Positions 53,481 to 64,000 of a stretch of DNA of 64,000 bases are shown one piece after another. Origin of the DNA: an uncultured delta proteobacterium. Lineage in GTDB: Bacteria > Myxococcota_A > Polyangia > Polyangiales > Polyangiaceae. Location: assembly GCA_963696385.1 (NCBI GenBank), contig CAVOKF010000005.1:192001-256000 (forward strand). The letters are read 5' to 3'. The notes under the pieces were generated by a model. That model did not search any database, had not been told where the DNA came from, and saw only the letters and a program-made list of their open reading frames with translations. The translations under genes and the position numbers were made by a program. Numbering within the stretch: the first letter of the stretch is position 1; each line of letters begins with the position of its first letter.

Positions 53481-54905
53481 TCACAAACGGATGGTCTTCC
53501 ATGTCCCGCCGGCGAACTTGGCGCTCATGACGAGGGCGGCTAGGCACATGTAGATGAACGCTGCGATCCAGATTCCGTTGAGCGACAGGTGCAACCGCAC
53601 GCCCAGCAGATACGCTCCCGGTACGAGCCACCCGAAAACCAGAAGGAACTGCGCGAGCGCTACGAATTTGCTGTCGCCCGCGCCGAACAGGCCTTCGCTC
53701 AGAATCATCGCGACGGCGATGATCGGCGTTGCCATTCCCATGATGTGCAAAGGGAATGTCGCTGCGGCGCGAACGGACGTCGAGTTCGAAAAAATCGCTA
53801 CGACCTGATCGGTAAATAGAACCCCTTCGAACAGGCCCACGACTCCGAAAACGATGACTCCGAGGCGTACGCTGGCCCAACCCCAGCGTTGCGCTTCGTC
53901 CGGGTCGCGGCGTCCAAGGGACTGACCGATGAGCGTCGCTGTCGCGGTTCCGAATGACATGCACGCGGTGAATGTGAGCTGGAGCAGCTCAACGATGTCC
54001 GTGTTTGCCGCGCTGTTGACCGCCTCTACGCCCCCACATCGGCTTGCAATCGTCGCTGCGACTCCGCTCATATCCAGTCGACCGACAGCTCGCGTGAAGA
54101 GGCCGAACCCCGCCATCATCACGACCGTCGCCGCTGCCGCCGGGACCGAGAGTCGGAGAATGGTGGCACTGAGCCTTCCGGAAAGGTTGGACCATCGCAC
54201 GGGCTGGTATTCGCGCCGGGTGAGCAATGCAAAGCCAACCATGATCGCCAGGCCGATCCATGTCGCGACGAACGCGCTCAGACCCGCTCCGGGCGCGCCC
54301 ATGCGCGGCGCGCCGAGGTGGCCGAAGATGAACGCCCAGCAGAGAACGGCGTTTGCGACATTCATCACGATCGACGCCACAAGATGGACGTGCGTTTTTC
54401 CAATACCGTCGAAAAATGCCTTGATCGACATCGTCACCGCCATCGAAACGATTCCGAGTAGGCGCCAGCGCGTGTAAGCGAGGGCGACCTCCCGCACTTC
54501 AGGCACCCCGACCATCAAGCGAATGAGCGTTGGAAGGGTGGCGAAACCGAGGACGGAGAACGCGACTCCCGCGATGACGCAGAAGAACGTCGAATTGGCG
54601 AGCACGGCTCCAGCGGCTGTGCGATCTCCCTCCGCATAACGTCGAGCGACGAGCGCTTGTGTTCCCACGCTTACGGCGCAGAGGCTTCCGCCGAACAGCC
54701 ACACGAGAATCAACGAAGGGAGGAGCGCCGCCTGGGCGTTCGACGAGTCGGGGCAGGGCAGTCGGGAGAAGTACAAGACGTCGATTTCGTTCACGACGGC
54801 TTGCGACAGCATGGCGAACATCGTTGGCAGCGCGAGCCGCAGGATCGCTTTGTAACGATGTGCTCCGAGCACGAGCGGCGGCGCCGCGAGGTCGAGCGTC
54901 TCCAT
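53481..54905 (-). CDS. MATE family efflux transporter
   Basis: ILRLALP, QALVARRYAEGD, GHLGAPRMGAPGAGLS; multiple TM segments. Confidence 0.9.
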   Translation of the reverse strand: METLDLAAPPLVLGAHRYKAILRLALPTMFAMLSQAVVNEIDVLYFSRLPCPDSSNAQAALLPSLILVWLFGGSLCAVSVGTQALVARRYAEGDRTAAGAVLANSTFFCVIAGVAFSVLGFATLPTLIRLMVGVPEVREVALAYTRWRLLGIVSMAVTMSIKAFFDGIGKTHVHLVASIVMNVANAVLCWAFIFGHLGAPRMGAPGAGLSAFVATWIGLAIMVGFALLTRREYQPVRWSNLSGRLSATILRLSVPAAAATVVMMAGFGLFTRAVGRLDMSGVAATIASRCGGVEAVNSAANTDIVELLQLTFTACMSFGTATATLIGQSLGRRDPDEAQRWGWASVRLGVIVFGVVGLFEGVLFTDQVVAIFSNSTSVRAAATFPLHIMGMATPIIAVAMILSEGLFGAGDSKFVALAQFLLVFGWLVPGAYLLGVRLHLSLNGIWIAAFIYMCLAALVMSAKFAGGTWKTIRL

Positions 54906-54973
54906 GCGCGTTTGGGGCAGCGGACTTTACCGGGCGTTGGCGCAAAAACAAGGTGACGCGCGCGAGACGCCTT

Positions 54974-57334
54974 TCAGGGTGAATTCAATTTGCCCGATCG
55001 GGAAACGTCCGGCTTGGTCCAGCGGCCGAGCTTGCGGCGTCCTTCGGCCAAGATACCGACATCCGAGCGAATGGTGTCCGTGCGCGCGTCCGCCGCGTGA
55101 AATAAGGGCCCAGGTGGGGGCGTATCGAGGATCGCATTCCCCGCGTTCGCCGTCGAACCGGACAGCGATGGGGTCGCCGCAGAGAGCCGAGCGGATAGCG
55201 TAGCGCTCGGCACCTCACCCGATGCCGCGGCAGCGCGGTCTGGCGCGCCGGAGGGCAGTCGTTTCCAGGCGAGGGCGGCGCCCGCGGCCCCTACCAGCGC
55301 CACGACGGAGAGCAATGAGGCTGCACCGTAACGAATCCGTTTCTGGAGTCTATCGGGCGCACGAAGGGCGTGTTCGAGTGCTTCGCGCATCGCCGTTGCC
55401 GATTCGAACCGCCGCTCCTGGCGCTTGGCCATCGCGCGAACCACGGCCGCCTCCACGGCTCGGGGAATGGGCCGTGAGGGCGCTCGTGCGCGGGGAGGAA
55501 GCGGCGTATCGCGGATCTGCATCCCCATGACGGCGACGGTCGAGGTGCCTTCGAAAGCACGCACGCCCGTCAGCATTTCGTACAACACGCAGCCAAGCGC
55601 GTAGATATCTGTGCGACGATCGACCGGATCGCCCGCCACCTGTTCGGGTGCCATGTACTCGGGTGTTCCGACGACGGCGAACCCCCGGAGAGACTTCTCG
55701 GCGTCTGTTGCTGTGCGCGGAGTGGGAGTTAGCGCCGTCGCAATGCCGAAATCGAGGAGCTTGGTCGGGCCCCCGATACCCTCACCGCCGTCGCGTGTCA
55801 GCATCAGGTTTTGCGGCTTGATGTCCCTGTGCACGATCCCTGCCCCGTGGGCGGCCTCGAGTGCGCGAGCGGTTTCGATCGCGATGCGGGTCGCTTCTCG
55901 CCAGGGTAGCGGACCGCGCTGCAAGCAAGCGTCCAGCGTCTCTCCCGAGCAAAGTTCCATGGCCAAAAAGGCACGCCCATCCAGGGAGCGACCGAAGTCG
56001 TAAAGACTCACGAGATGGGGATGCGACAAGCAGGCCACCGCCCGCGCTTCCCGACGAAAGCGTCCGAGTGAGGCCGGTGATCCGGCGTGCTCCGACGCGA
56101 GGACTTTGAGCGCTACCCGGCGGCCGAGTTCGACGTGCTCGGCCTCGTACACGACGCCGTTCGCCCCCTCGCCGATTCTGCGCACCAGTCGGTAGGGCGT
56201 ACCGGCAAGGTGTCTTGGGTCGGCCGGTGCCATCCGCACCGCGATCTCCGCGCTTACGGGGCTGGCGGGAGGCGTTTCGTCGCCTCCGGTCGTCTCGAGC
56301 GCTTCGCGGCCCTCTCGCAACAAGCGCGCGAACTCCGCACGCGATCGTGCCGGATCGTTCGGCCAGAGCTTGCGCATCACGAGTGCGATGCGTGCGCGCA
56401 CACCTCTCTCTCCGCTGTCGCCAGGCGGCGCCGACGACAGCAGCTTTGCGAGTCCGGTCACGGCCAGCGATGCACGCGCGTACCGTTCATCGGGGTCATT
56501 CTTGGTGAGCAAAGCGATGACCTCGTCGAGTTCGGTCGGCGCTTTGCACGCGGCCGCGAGGGGCGGGACGACGATCCGTCCGCGGGCCGAATCGTCCAGG
56601 TGCTGTCTTGGATCCGTGGTCAGAAAACGCCGTCCTGCGCATAGCTCCCACAGCACGATGCCCAGCGCATAAATGTCGATGCGTCCGTCACCCACCTGCT
56701 GGCGAGCGACCTCGGGTGCCACATACCCCGGCTTCGCGAAGACCACCCCCGCGACGGTATGGCAACGTCGGTTATGTCCGCGTGCCGTTCCAAAATCGAT
56801 GAGCTTGATTTCGCCCGCATACCCGACCATCACGTTCTGCGGCGAAAGGTCACGGTGGACGATGCCGAGGGGTGTACCGTCGGCGCCAGAGCGCTCGTGC
56901 ACATGCGCCAGCGCCTGAGCGATTTCGATCGCGATGGCAACCGCATCGGCCCAAGCCAGCCGAACCCCCGTCTGGATCGTGCGCTGTCTCAGGTCACTAA
57001 GCGACCGCCCCTCGACGTATTCCACCACCGTGTACGGCTCGCCGTTGTCGTCGGTCGCGGCCTCCAGCACCTGGGCGACGCCCGGGTGCTGGAGCTGTGC
57101 TTGGACGCGCGCCTCATCGAGAAATCGCGCGAGGAACGACCCGTCGTGAACATGGTCGCGACGCACTGTTTTGACGATGCACGGCCGCTCGGCCCCTTCG
57201 ATTCCCGTTGATGCGGCGAGGTAAACGTCCCCCATTCCGCCGCGCGCGACGAGCTTGAGCAGAACGCGCCGTCCCAACATTCTTGGCAACAGAAGAGCTG
57301 CATTGGAAGAGAAGCCTTTGGCCGCCTGGCCCAT
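54974..57334 (-). CDS. Ser/Thr protein kinase with two tandem Hanks-type domains and a C-terminal TM helix
   Basis: GGMGDVY/HRDLSPQN/DFG/APE and GANGVVY/ALK/HRDIKPQN/DFG/GTPEYMAPE. Confidence 0.92.
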   Translation of the reverse strand: MGQAAKGFSSNAALLLPRMLGRRVLLKLVARGGMGDVYLAASTGIEGAERPCIVKTVRRDHVHDGSFLARFLDEARVQAQLQHPGVAQVLEAATDDNGEPYTVVEYVEGRSLSDLRQRTIQTGVRLAWADAVAIAIEIAQALAHVHERSGADGTPLGIVHRDLSPQNVMVGYAGEIKLIDFGTARGHNRRCHTVAGVVFAKPGYVAPEVARQQVGDGRIDIYALGIVLWELCAGRRFLTTDPRQHLDDSARGRIVVPPLAAACKAPTELDEVIALLTKNDPDERYARASLAVTGLAKLLSSAPPGDSGERGVRARIALVMRKLWPNDPARSRAEFARLLREGREALETTGGDETPPASPVSAEIAVRMAPADPRHLAGTPYRLVRRIGEGANGVVYEAEHVELGRRVALKVLASEHAGSPASLGRFRREARAVACLSHPHLVSLYDFGRSLDGRAFLAMELCSGETLDACLQRGPLPWREATRIAIETARALEAAHGAGIVHRDIKPQNLMLTRDGGEGIGGPTKLLDFGIATALTPTPRTATDAEKSLRGFAVVGTPEYMAPEQVAGDPVDRRTDIYALGCVLYEMLTGVRAFEGTSTVAVMGMQIRDTPLPPRARAPSRPIPRAVEAAVVRAMAKRQERRFESATAMREALEHALRAPDRLQKRIRYGAASLLSVVALVGAAGAALAWKRLPSGAPDRAAAASGEVPSATLSARLSAATPSLSGSTANAGNAILDTPPPGPLFHAADARTDTIRSDVGILAEGRRKLGRWTKPDVSRSGKLNSP

Positions 57335-57413
57335 CGCCGTTGAACGTACGCAGCGTGGCGAATCCCGGCCAAGTTTGCGACGTCGTTGGCAGTCCTGTCG
57401 CCTCGGGCGTGGA

Positions 57414-58547
57414 CTACCACCCCATTCGCGACCGTAGGGCGGTCACGAGCTCGGCCGCCATGCGCCGGTGGGTCGCCTTGCTCGGGTGATAGTCGGCCCC
57501 GACCCCATCGGCCGGACGCCGTTGGGCGAACTCGAAGTAGGAGACGCGGCCGTCGCCCGCTAGCTCGCGCTGGCTGACGGCGCCACGAATGTATTCCGCT
57601 GCCTTCGTTCGACTGTTTGCTCCCGCCGGGTAGGTGTCCGTGAGCATCGAGGTGAGGGCGCAGACGATGGCGGCTTCCGGGTAAAGCGTTCGCAGCACCT
57701 TCAGGAACGCGACGTACGCTTGCTGGAAGGCCGCACCGGGGTCCCCTTTTGCGAAGTCGTTTCCGCCGAGATTGACGACGACGACGTCCGGGGCCATCGC
57801 ACGGAAGCCCCACGCGCTCGTGGGGTCGTCGGCCAAGCTACGCATGAACCGCACCGGCATCGGCTCCAGTGCCGATCCGCGATCGTCTCGGTACATGCCG
57901 ATCCCTGAGTACGCAATGATCGAGCGTTCTGCACCGAGTGCTGCCGCGGTCAACGCCCCGTAAGCGCTTGCCTCGTCTTCCGTTGCGGGGCTGAAGTGCT
58001 CACTCGGATCAGTCGCGAGATCGCCGTAACCGCATGTGACCGAGTCGCCGATGAACTCTATCCGTCGCGTTGTCGGCGGCTCCGGCGTTTCGACGAGGGC
58101 GCCCTCGTGGGGGATGAAGCCGAGAAACTGCACGACGCCCACGTTCGATTCGGTGCGCTTTGTGAGCAAGACCGTATGGCGACCGGGATCGAGGCCCGAG
58201 GCCAGTTCGTAGCGCTCTGTCGCGCGGTTCGTAGCCAGCGATGTCGGCGTGCCGCCGTCGATAACGACCGCGAAAAAATTCGTCCCACGGTCGCGCAATC
58301 GCACGTCGATGCCCACCCCCGTGAAGGTCGCTTCGATCGCGGTGGCCGGCCACGCAAAGCGTGGTCCCGCGGGATCGCGCAGGTCGAAGCGCCCGACGCT
58401 ATGGGTGAACGCCGTCCGCTTTGCCGGATCGTGCGAGACGTTGCCGCAGTCGCGCGGCCTTTCTGGCACGACGCAAGTGCCTGCGCACCCTGAGGCGAGC
58501 ACAATGCCGAACAGCATACCAACCGGCGCGCGAGGGCGCGCCCTCAT
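57414..58547 (-). CDS. SGNH/GDSL hydrolase, CE2 acetylxylan esterase-like lipoprotein; start inferred
   Basis: [36 protein letters not shown]. Confidence 0.85.
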   Translation of the reverse strand: MRARPRAPVGMLFGIVLASGCAGTCVVPERPRDCGNVSHDPAKRTAFTHSVGRFDLRDPAGPRFAWPATAIEATFTGVGIDVRLRDRGTNFFAVVIDGGTPTSLATNRATERYELASGLDPGRHTVLLTKRTESNVGVVQFLGFIPHEGALVETPEPPTTRRIEFIGDSVTCGYGDLATDPSEHFSPATEDEASAYGALTAAALGAERSIIAYSGIGMYRDDRGSALEPMPVRFMRSLADDPTSAWGFRAMAPDVVVVNLGGNDFAKGDPGAAFQQAYVAFLKVLRTLYPEAAIVCALTSMLTDTYPAGANSRTKAAEYIRGAVSQRELAGDGRVSYFEFAQRRPADGVGADYHPSKATHRRMAAELVTALRSRMGW

Positions 58548-58610
58548 TCGGGCGGCAAGGCCGCCCTCTACCGTTTCGCGCGGCGTCCTGCTAAGCGCCT
58601 GTCCTGCCGC

Positions 58611-61600
58611 ATGCCCCGTCGCACAGATTTTCAACGCGTCCTCCTGATCGGCGCGGGACCGATCGTCATCGGCCAGGCATGCGAGTTCGACTACTCGGGA
58701 ACACAGGGGGCCAAGGCTCTGCGCGACGAGGGATTCGAAGTCGTGCTCGTCAATTCGAACCCTGCCACCATTATGACGGATCCCGAGCTGGCGGCACGAA
58801 CGTATGTGGAGCCCCTGGAATGGCGAACGCTTGCTGCGATCATCGAGCGGGAGCGGCCGCAAGCTCTATTGCCAACGCTTGGAGGCCAAACGGCGCTCAA
58901 CCTGGCGATGAAATTGGGCGAAGAGGGGGTGCTCGAGCGGTTCGGGGTCGAAATGCTGGGCGCTCGCCCCGAGTCGATCGCGAAAGCGGAGGATCGGTCG
59001 CTCTTCAAAGTGGCCATGGAACGAATTGGCCTGTCGTGCCCGAAGGCCGGCGCAGCTCACTCCGTCGACGAGGCGCGTGCGGTCGCGCGGGAGGTAGGAT
59101 TCCCCGCCATCCTGCGGCCGAGCTTCACGCTCGGTGGCTCGGGTGGCGGGATCGCTTATTCGGAGTCCGAGCTCGAGGCCAAAGTGGCCTGGGCGCTGGC
59201 CCAATCTCCGACCCACGAAGTTCTTATCGAGGAGAGCGTTCTCGGATGGAAGGAGTTTGAACTCGAGGTAATGCGCGACCGCGCCGACAACTTCATCGTC
59301 GTCTGCTCGATCGAGAACATCGATCCGATGGGTGTCCATACCGGAGACTCGATCACGGTGGCACCGTCGATGACACTGACCGATCGCGAATATCAGCGCC
59401 TTCGCGATGCGGCCCGCGCGGTCATGACCGAGATCGGTGTCGAGACCGGAGGTGCCAATGTTCAATTTGCCGTCGACCCCGTCACCGGACGTTTCCACGT
59501 CATCGAGATGAATCCCCGAGTGTCGCGGAGCTCTGCGCTCGCAAGCAAGGCCACCGGCTATCCGATCGCCAAGATCGCGGCGAAGCTTGCTGTGGGGTAC
59601 ACGCTCGACGAACTGAAGAACGACATCACGCGTACATCGGCCGCATTCGAACCGGTCGTCGACTATGTCGTCGTCAAGTGGCCCCGCTTCGCGTTCGAGA
59701 AATTCCCGGGGGCCGACTCCAGCCTCGGTACGCAGATGAAGAGCGTCGGCGAAGTGATGAGCATTGGCCGCACGTTCTGCGAGGCGCTGCAGAAAGCGGC
59801 GCGGTCCCTCGAGACGGGTAGGGACGGTCTCGTGTCGCTCCTCGACCGGACGGATTATCGCGTTCTCGCAGAGCCCACGAGACAGCGTGACCTCTCGATG
59901 GAGGCGGCGCCCGAGCCCGAGGCGCCCAAGGCCATCGGGCCGGCGAGCGCGGAGGAGACGCGGCGTGCGCTCGAAAAGCTGGTTACGACCGCGAGCGCTG
60001 AACGGCTATTTCACGTCGCCGACGCGATGCGCGTCGGCATGAGCGACGCGGACTTGTACGCACGCTCTCGGATCGACCCGTGGTTTCTCGCTCACATCCG
60101 CCGGATCGTCGTCGCCGAGGGGCAGATCAAACGAGGAGAGCTCGGATCCGACGCCATGGCCCGGTACAAGCGACTCGGGTTCAGCGATCGCCAAATCGCG
60201 TCCGTGTCCGGGGGCACCGGCGACCAAGATCGCGAGGACAAGAAGCTCTGCGAGGATGACATCCGCGCGATGCGTCTTTCGGGTGGCACGCGCTCCGTGT
60301 TTGCCCGCGTCGACACATGCGCGGCCGAGTTCGTGGCGCACACGCCATACCTTTACTCCACGTACGAGACCGAGAGCGAGTCCGCAACCCACGCTAGCAG
60401 CCGCAAAGTGGTCATTCTGGGCGGAGGTCCGAATCGAATCGGGCAGGGGATCGAGTTTGACTATTGCTGCGTGCATGCGGTGATGGCGCTGCGGTTGCTC
60501 GGCTTCGAAACCGTCATGGTCAATTGCAACCCGGAGACCGTGTCGACGGACTACGACACGTCGGACCGTCTGTATTTCGAGCCTTTGTCGCTCGAGGACG
60601 TGCTCAACGTCGTCGACGAAGAGGGCCCCGAAGGCGTCATCGTGCAATTCGGTGGGCAGACACCGCTGAAATTGGCGGTGCCCCTCGAGAAGCGCAATGT
60701 CCGACTTCTCGGGACCAGCGCCGACGCGATCGACCGCGCGGAAGACCGAGGGCGCTTCGACGCGTTGCTTGCAAAGCTCGCGCTCAGACGACCAAGAAGC
60801 GGGATCGCCACGTCGTTGGACCGAGCGGTTCAAGTCGCTGAGTCAATCGGTTATCCGGTGCTGGTGCGGCCGAGCTACGTGCTCGGCGGCCGCGCGATGA
60901 TGATCGCTTCCTCTCGCGAAGAGCTCGAAATTTTCGCGAATCGGGCCTTCGAGGTGGCCCGTGAAGCGGGCACGCAGACCGTCCTCATCGACGAATTTCT
61001 GAAGGATGCCATCGAGGTCGACGTCGATTGCGTCGCTGACGGTCGTCGATGTGTCATCGGCGGCGTGATGCAGCACATCGAGGAAGCTGGCATTCATTCC
61101 GGCGACAGTTCGAGCGTGTTACCCCCGCACTCCCTCGCGCCGGAGATCATTCTGAGCATCGAAGAGCAATCGAGAATGCTCGCCCTCGAACTTGGGGTAG
61201 TTGGGTTGATGAACGTGCAGTTCGCGGTAAAGGGCGGCGAGGTCTTCATCCTCGAAGTCAACCCCCGCGCCAGTCGCACGGTACCCTTCGTGTCGAAAGC
61301 AACGGGCAGACCACTCGCAAAGATCGCGGCGATGCTCATGGTGGGAAAGACGCTCGACGAACTTGCCGTCTACGATTTGCCCCCGCCGCGCTACACGAGC
61401 GTTAAGGAAAGCGTGTTTCCTTTTTCCAAGTTCCCGGGCGTCGACACAATCCTCGGTCCGGAAATGCGCTCTACGGGCGAAGTGATGGGCATTGCGGACA
61501 CCTTTCCGCGTGCCTTTGGCAAGGCCATGCTAGCGAGCGGTATCGAGCTGGGATTGCCCACCGCCGCCTCGCCGCGCCGCAACGCATTCATCAGCGTGAA

Positions 61601-61976
61601 GGGCGAAGACAAGCCGGCGGCCATCCACATCGCTAGGCGATTGCGGGCCCTCGGCTTCGGCCTGTGGGCGACCAGTGGCACCGCGGCGGCACTCAACCGC
61701 GCCGGACTCGCCTCTGAGATTGTGAAGAAGGTCAATGAGGGGTCTCCGCACGTCGTCGACGCCATTCGCGGTGGGACCATCGCAATCGTCGTGAACACGA
61801 CTCTCGGTGCCAAGGCTGTGCGCGACAGCTACTCGCTGCGGCGCCAAACGTTACTGGCCAACATCCCTTACTTTACGACCATTGCGGCGGCGCTCGCCGC
61901 ATGCGACGCGCTGGAAGCCACCCAAAGTGACTCCACGCTGCGCGTTCGCTCCCTGCAAGAGTGGGCCAAAATGTGA
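58611..61976 (+). CDS. carB: Carbamoyl-phosphate synthase large subunit
   Basis: [33 protein letters not shown], second ATP-grasp domain, MGS-like C-terminus. Confidence 0.98.
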   Translation: MPRRTDFQRVLLIGAGPIVIGQACEFDYSGTQGAKALRDEGFEVVLVNSNPATIMTDPELAARTYVEPLEWRTLAAIIERERPQALLPTLGGQTALNLAMKLGEEGVLERFGVEMLGARPESIAKAEDRSLFKVAMERIGLSCPKAGAAHSVDEARAVAREVGFPAILRPSFTLGGSGGGIAYSESELEAKVAWALAQSPTHEVLIEESVLGWKEFELEVMRDRADNFIVVCSIENIDPMGVHTGDSITVAPSMTLTDREYQRLRDAARAVMTEIGVETGGANVQFAVDPVTGRFHVIEMNPRVSRSSALASKATGYPIAKIAAKLAVGYTLDELKNDITRTSAAFEPVVDYVVVKWPRFAFEKFPGADSSLGTQMKSVGEVMSIGRTFCEALQKAARSLETGRDGLVSLLDRTDYRVLAEPTRQRDLSMEAAPEPEAPKAIGPASAEETRRALEKLVTTASAERLFHVADAMRVGMSDADLYARSRIDPWFLAHIRRIVVAEGQIKRGELGSDAMARYKRLGFSDRQIASVSGGTGDQDREDKKLCEDDIRAMRLSGGTRSVFARVDTCAAEFVAHTPYLYSTYETESESATHASSRKVVILGGGPNRIGQGIEFDYCCVHAVMALRLLGFETVMVNCNPETVSTDYDTSDRLYFEPLSLEDVLNVVDEEGPEGVIVQFGGQTPLKLAVPLEKRNVRLLGTSADAIDRAEDRGRFDALLAKLALRRPRSGIATSLDRAVQVAESIGYPVLVRPSYVLGGRAMMIASSREELEIFANRAFEVAREAGTQTVLIDEFLKDAIEVDVDCVADGRRCVIGGVMQHIEEAGIHSGDSSSVLPPHSLAPEIILSIEEQSRMLALELGVVGLMNVQFAVKGGEVFILEVNPRASRTVPFVSKATGRPLAKIAAMLMVGKTLDELAVYDLPPPRYTSVKESVFPFSKFPGVDTILGPEMRSTGEVMGIADTFPRAFGKAMLASGIELGLPTAASPRRNAFISVKGEDKPAAIHIARRLRALGFGLWATSGTAAALNRAGLASEIVKKVNEGSPHVVDAIRGGTIAIVVNTTLGAKAVRDSYSLRRQTLLANIPYFTTIAAALAACDALEATQSDSTLRVRSLQEWAKM

Positions 61977-62043
61977 CCAGCCTTGCGGCGGAGACCTCGT
62001 AATAAATCGCGCGGAGGTCTCCCTCGGCTATGCTGGCGTTTCA

Positions 62044-62523
62044 ATGATGCCGACGGCAAAGTATCCATTCGAGTTGCTCGGTCGGCTCAGGAAGCACGAA
62101 GCCGATGAAGCCGCGCGGGATCTGGCTACAGCCACTGGCACGCGAGACGCCGCCGAGAGCGAGCGGCGGCTCGCTGCCGATCGGCGTGACGCGCACGAAA
62201 GGGCAGGTTCTCACCTTAGGGCCCAAGAGATCCGCGCGCTCGCGCGCGGGTGCCTGCGCGTCGCCGATCTCGCGCAAGCCCAATCGTGGGAGGTCGCCTT
62301 TGCAGCGGAACGGCGGAAGCTTATTTCTTCCGCCCGTGAGTCGCAGGCGGCCGCGGCGGCGGCTCTCGACGCCGTACGCAGATTCCAGTCGCGCGCGTCA
62401 CTGTGCCTGTCCAATGCAGAGCTTGTCGCGCGCGATCGAACCCGTTGGAACGAAGCGCGGAGGAAGGTACATGAGGCCATCGACGAGGAGGCCTCGTTCG
62501 AGGCATGGCGCTTGAAACCGTAA
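62044..62523 (+). CDS. Helical coiled-coil protein, possibly FliJ/SctO-like
   Basis: ~159 aa, all-helical; KYPFELLGRLRKHEADEA start and IDEEASF end. Confidence 0.5.
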   Translation: MMPTAKYPFELLGRLRKHEADEAARDLATATGTRDAAESERRLAADRRDAHERAGSHLRAQEIRALARGCLRVADLAQAQSWEVAFAAERRKLISSARESQAAAAAALDAVRRFQSRASLCLSNAELVARDRTRWNEARRKVHEAIDEEASFEAWRLKP

Positions 62524-64000
62524 ACGCGGGGGCGGTATCGCTTGCTGCGGCGCTCGTCTTCTCCGCCGCTTGCCGAAGTGGCCGGCCATCGGAAGCCCCG
62601 CCTGTCGCTGAGCCTGCGTCGAGGTCGTTGGTGCAAGGAGCCCCGCCTGCGGGAACCGGACGCTCTCCTGAGCAGCCTCCGACCGATCAGGGAATGCCTC
62701 CGATCACCGTCGTGCTCGACGACCCACGCCTCGCTGCCGTGCGCGACAGCGACGCCGGGGGCGATGATGCGGCGGCGGCTCGCGAAATGGATCGTCTGCG
62801 AGCCGCATTTTCGCTGGAAGCCACACAAGCCTGTGCGTGGAGCTACGTGGCCGGGCGCCTCCACTACGCCGCAGGCGAAGCCAACGAAGCCGCCGCCGCT
62901 TTCGGCGCCGCATCGGGAAAAGACCTGGGCGCTGATGCAGTCTGCCCTCTCGCCTCCTACGCCCGGCTTCGGCAGGCGCAAGCGCTCGTTCGGGCTGGCC
63001 GCGCGAGCGAGGCCTTGACAGCGTTGCAGGCGGTTGGCGACGACGTGGCGGCCCAGGATGAGGTCAAACTGACTCTTGCCGACGCCCTCGCCGCGAGCGG
63101 TGACCGGGCGGGGGCCGTGGTGCTGTGGCGTTCGCTTCTTGCGACGAGGCCCCACGGCCAGCGGTGGGTCGATATATCCATGCAGCTCGCTCGCTCCCTG
63201 CTCGACGGGGTCGACGGTCCTCCGGAAATACGCGCAAGCGAGGCTCTTGAGCGCGCGACCCGCGTGGTCGTCGAGGCCCCGACGGTGGCGGACAAGATCG
63301 GGGCCGACTCGGTCCGCGGCCGCGCTGCCGCAGCGCTGAAGCTAGCTGCGCCGCCCGCGCTTACCGTGGACGAACGAACCCGGGAGGCACAAGCCTGGCT
63401 CGATGCTTCTCAGCCCGTGAAGGCCCGCGAGCTCGCCGACGGTGCTCTGCGTGACATCCCTCGCAGCGATCGAGAGCGTGTCGATGTTGGCTGCCGCGCC
63501 GCTATCGTGCGCGCCGAAGCTAGCGCCCGCGGCAGGGCCGAAGAGGCTGCGGACGCCTGGGGCGCGGCCATCGCTCGGTGCCGCGGCGCGTCCGATGAAG
63601 GAGCGCGCGCCACGGCAGCTTACCAAGGTGGAAAGGCCAGTGCGTCGGCGAAGCGCTACGCTGAGGCGCTTCAGCGTTTCGCGGAGGTCGAGGAATATCT
63701 CCCGACAAACCGGCTCGCCGACGATGCGCGATTTCGGGCTGCACTCGTCGTTGGCGACCAGGGTGATCCGGAGCGGTCTCTCTCGATGTTGGGGTCTATC
63801 GCCGACTCGTACCCCGACGGCGATATGGCGTACGACGCCCTGTTCCGCGTTGCCCTGGCTCGCATCGCGGGTCACGATTTCCAAGCGTCACGCCGCCTGT
63901 TGGATCGCCTACTCGCACTACCGCCTGGGGTGTTGAGTTGGGGATCCGCGAGCCGTGCCGAGTACTTCCGCGCCCGGGTCGCGCAGCTGGCGGGCGACGT
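62505..64000 (+). CDS. TPR-repeat lipoprotein, probably the N-terminal part of a lytic transglycosylase; runs off the window end
   Basis: Not in the ORF track. Manual translation MALETVNAGAVSLAAALVFSAAC (lipobox) ...RLADDARFRAA...YPDGDMAYDALFRVAL...RAEYFRAR. The catalytic domain is not visible. Confidence 0.7.
   Translation, partial: MALETVNAGAVSLAAALVFSAACRSGRPSEAPPVAEPASRSLVQGAPPAGTGRSPEQPPTDQGMPPITVVLDDPRLAAVRDSDAGGDDAAAAREMDRLRAAFSLEATQACAWSYVAGRLHYAAGEANEAAAAFGAASGKDLGADAVCPLASYARLRQAQALVRAGRASEALTALQAVGDDVAAQDEVKLTLADALAASGDRAGAVVLWRSLLATRPHGQRWVDISMQLARSLLDGVDGPPEIRASEALERATRVVVEAPTVADKIGADSVRGRAAAALKLAAPPALTVDERTREAQAWLDASQPVKARELADGALRDIPRSDRERVDVGCRAAIVRAEASARGRAEEAADAWGAAIARCRGASDEGARATAAYQGGKASASAKRYAEALQRFAEVEEYLPTNRLADDARFRAALVVGDQGDPERSLSMLGSIADSYPDGDMAYDALFRVALARIAGHDFQASRRLLDRLLALPPGVLSWGSASRAEYFRARVAQLAGD

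Overview
This is a GC-rich bacterial chromosomal window, most likely from a myxobacterium (Myxococcota, Polyangiales/Sorangiineae-like). That assignment is inferred from a MYXO-CTERM-like tail, a tandem Hanks kinase and the style of the ribosomal proteins. About 4.6-40.2 kb is the core translation/transcription super-cluster: tRNAs Thr-Tyr-Gly-Thr, tuf, rpmG, tRNA-Trp, secE, nusG, rplKAJL, rpoBC, two antisense genes, rpsL-rpsG-fusA-tuf, then the S10, spc and alpha operons. The flanks hold housekeeping and envelope genes (trmB, metallophosphoesterase, acyP, lpxC, pyrG, ABC proteins, dacB, an alternative sigma-70, nikR, MATE, a dual Ser/Thr kinase, an SGNH esterase, carB, TPR lipoproteins). I found no mobile element, CRISPR array, rRNA gene or defence island, and no clearly new multi-gene system. 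The best leads are: (1) both apparently identical EF-Tu copies have a non-canonical switch-I loop; (2) rplC is missing from the S10 operon, which also has a candidate internal promoter and structured leader before rplV; (3) a ~300-nt structured, possibly two-state RNA lies between rpsG and fusA; (4) a sigma-70 paralogue has a natural Q437H-equivalent change; (5) an orphan FliJ/SctO-like gene; (6) a frameshifted HEAT-repeat lipoprotein. All family assignments come from motif recognition by eye, not database searches.
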